DNA of 64,000 bases from an uncultured Poribacteria bacterium (lineage in GTDB: Bacteria; Poribacteria; WGA-4E; WGA-3G): NCBI GenBank assembly GCA_951813565.1, contig OX638351.1:2464001-2528000 (forward strand), given 5' to 3'. A program made the position numbers and the translations under genes. Every line of letters begins with the position of its first letter. Positions within the stretch are counted from its first letter, which is position 1. Positions 62,782 to 64,000 of this stretch are shown here, one piece after another. A model generated the notes under the pieces. The model was given only the letters and a program-made list of their open reading frames with translations, made no database searches and was not told where the DNA came from.

Positions 62782-63678
62782 ATGGCACAAAAATTGGAGA
62801 CTCTCCGAATGGGACGCACTGAGATGCGTCCGAATGCTTTAGCACTTGGCGCAGCATGGTTATGCCATAAACCGGATGCCGAAGTCATCGGTGCAATCCG
62901 ACGTGCTATTGAACTTGGTATCAACTATATTGACACCTATCCGGGGCACGCAGAACATCTTTGGGGAGAAGCGCTTTCTGACGGTTTGAGAGAAAAAGTC
63001 TACCTACAAGCCAAGGTCGGTACGCACCCTGAACGCAGAAAAGATTTTTCAGCGGATGGTACAAGGTGGAGTGTCAGCAATAGCCTCAAAGACCTTCGCA
63101 CAGATTACCTTGATGCTGTATTAATCCATGATCCAGAGAACATGGAGAGCGTGTTAGATAAAGGACGCGCGTTGGATACGCTTTTGGAGATGAAAGATAA
63201 GGGTTTAATCCGACATATCGGTGCGGGGGTACGTTCCCACGATTTTCATAGACAACTGATTGAGACAGGACATATAGATATCATTCTCACCTTCTTGGAT
63301 TATACGTTATTATCGCAATCCGTAGCCCAGACGACTTTACCGTTAGCGCGTAAACATGATGTCGGCATTATCCTTGCCAGTCCTTTAGGGATGGGGAGTC
63401 TCACTGGTGCAGAACCAAACGTTGAAGATGAACGGAGACGTAACCCTGATGCTGAACTCAAGGCTTATGCAATGTGGAAATGGTGTCAGGAACGCGATGT
63501 AAATATCCGCCACTTGGCAATGCAGTTCTGTCTTGCTGCGCCGATAGATGGGGTTGTAATGTTCGGTCCAGCGGATAAAGCGCAGGTGGAAGATGGATAT
63601 GAAGCTGCTACCGCTAACATATCGGAAGAAATTTGGGAAGCGTTTGAGGCAGAATTTGGAATCAAACGGGGGATGTAA
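62782..63678 (+). CDS. Aldo/keto reductase
   Basis: GINYIDT, SL..LRTDYLD..LIHDP. Confidence 0.88.
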   Translation: MAQKLETLRMGRTEMRPNALALGAAWLCHKPDAEVIGAIRRAIELGINYIDTYPGHAEHLWGEALSDGLREKVYLQAKVGTHPERRKDFSADGTRWSVSNSLKDLRTDYLDAVLIHDPENMESVLDKGRALDTLLEMKDKGLIRHIGAGVRSHDFHRQLIETGHIDIILTFLDYTLLSQSVAQTTLPLARKHDVGIILASPLGMGSLTGAEPNVEDERRRNPDAELKAYAMWKWCQERDVNIRHLAMQFCLAAPIDGVVMFGPADKAQVEDGYEAATANISEEIWEAFEAEFGIKRGM

Positions 63679-63687
63679 GCCAGTCCT

Positions 63688-63990
63688 CATAAATGTAAAC
63701 TTAAGAAAACAATGCTGGCTTATCTCTTGTGGGAGGGCTTTCTAAGCCCGATTTTGTGAGACTCAAGTTTTTAAATCCAAATCAACGGTATGAATTCCAT
63801 TTAGGCATTCCCCGTATGGCATTCATCCAAATCAACGCAGCATGCGCGTTTGGCATGCTGCCAAATCAACGCCAAATGCGCTTTTTGGCATTTGGCGGGT
63901 TTTCAACCCGATAAATACATATAAATCGGGCTTATAAAGCCCTCCCACAAGAGGCAATCTGGTAATTGTGTGCTTAAATTGACGCCTATG
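63688..63990. mobile_element. Third MITE of the CATAGGCGTCAATTT family containing an AATCAAC-hairpin array
   Basis: 63896-63990 is the near reverse complement of 30294-30389; right end CTTAAATTGACGCCTATG; degenerate left end at 63688. Confidence 0.7.
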
Positions 63991-64000
63991 GGCGGGGTCT

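Noticed and set aside
63777..63895. CRISPR array (repeat plus about 25-nt variable segments)
   Set aside because: The repeat is only 10-11 nt, the variable parts are related hairpins, units nest, and no cas genes are present.

Overview
A 64 kb bacterial chromosomal segment in the standard genetic code (TGA is used as a normal stop, e.g. at 3922-3924). The gene inventory suggests Candidatus Poribacteria or a similar lineage, by inference only: paired OPT-like membrane proteins, PhyH dioxygenase, a sulfatase-like protein, a planctomycete-type DUF1592/DUF1552 pair and an ECF sigma remnant. Housekeeping content includes hslV/hslU, ctpA, an lpxL-like acyltransferase, rnpB, a class II ribonucleotide reductase, argS and mtnP. 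The region at about 9.3-20.2 kb is an IS graveyard: two IS5/IS427-like copies inside a 1.24 kb direct repeat, an IS630, a DDE_Tnp_1 IS, an ISL2-like remnant, a type ISP R-M remnant and a RelE/antidote TA pair. Two further related IS630 copies lie at 4.1 and 23.8 kb. Four highlights: (1) a probable outer-membrane beta-barrel gene whose true N-terminus carries a signal peptide followed by two in-frame TGA codons in a U-x-x-U arrangement, with a downstream hairpin (candidate double-selenocysteine protein missed by the ORF track); (2) a family of about 25-36 nt (CC)AAATCAAC-plus-hairpin micro-elements that insert before CG inside REP palindromes, nest in each other and build tandem arrays; (3) a consensus-promoter, two-hairpin cis-antisense sRNA overlapping a leader uORF of a small secreted-protein operon; (4) MITEs that target REP hairpins and duplicate about 19-20 bp of them.
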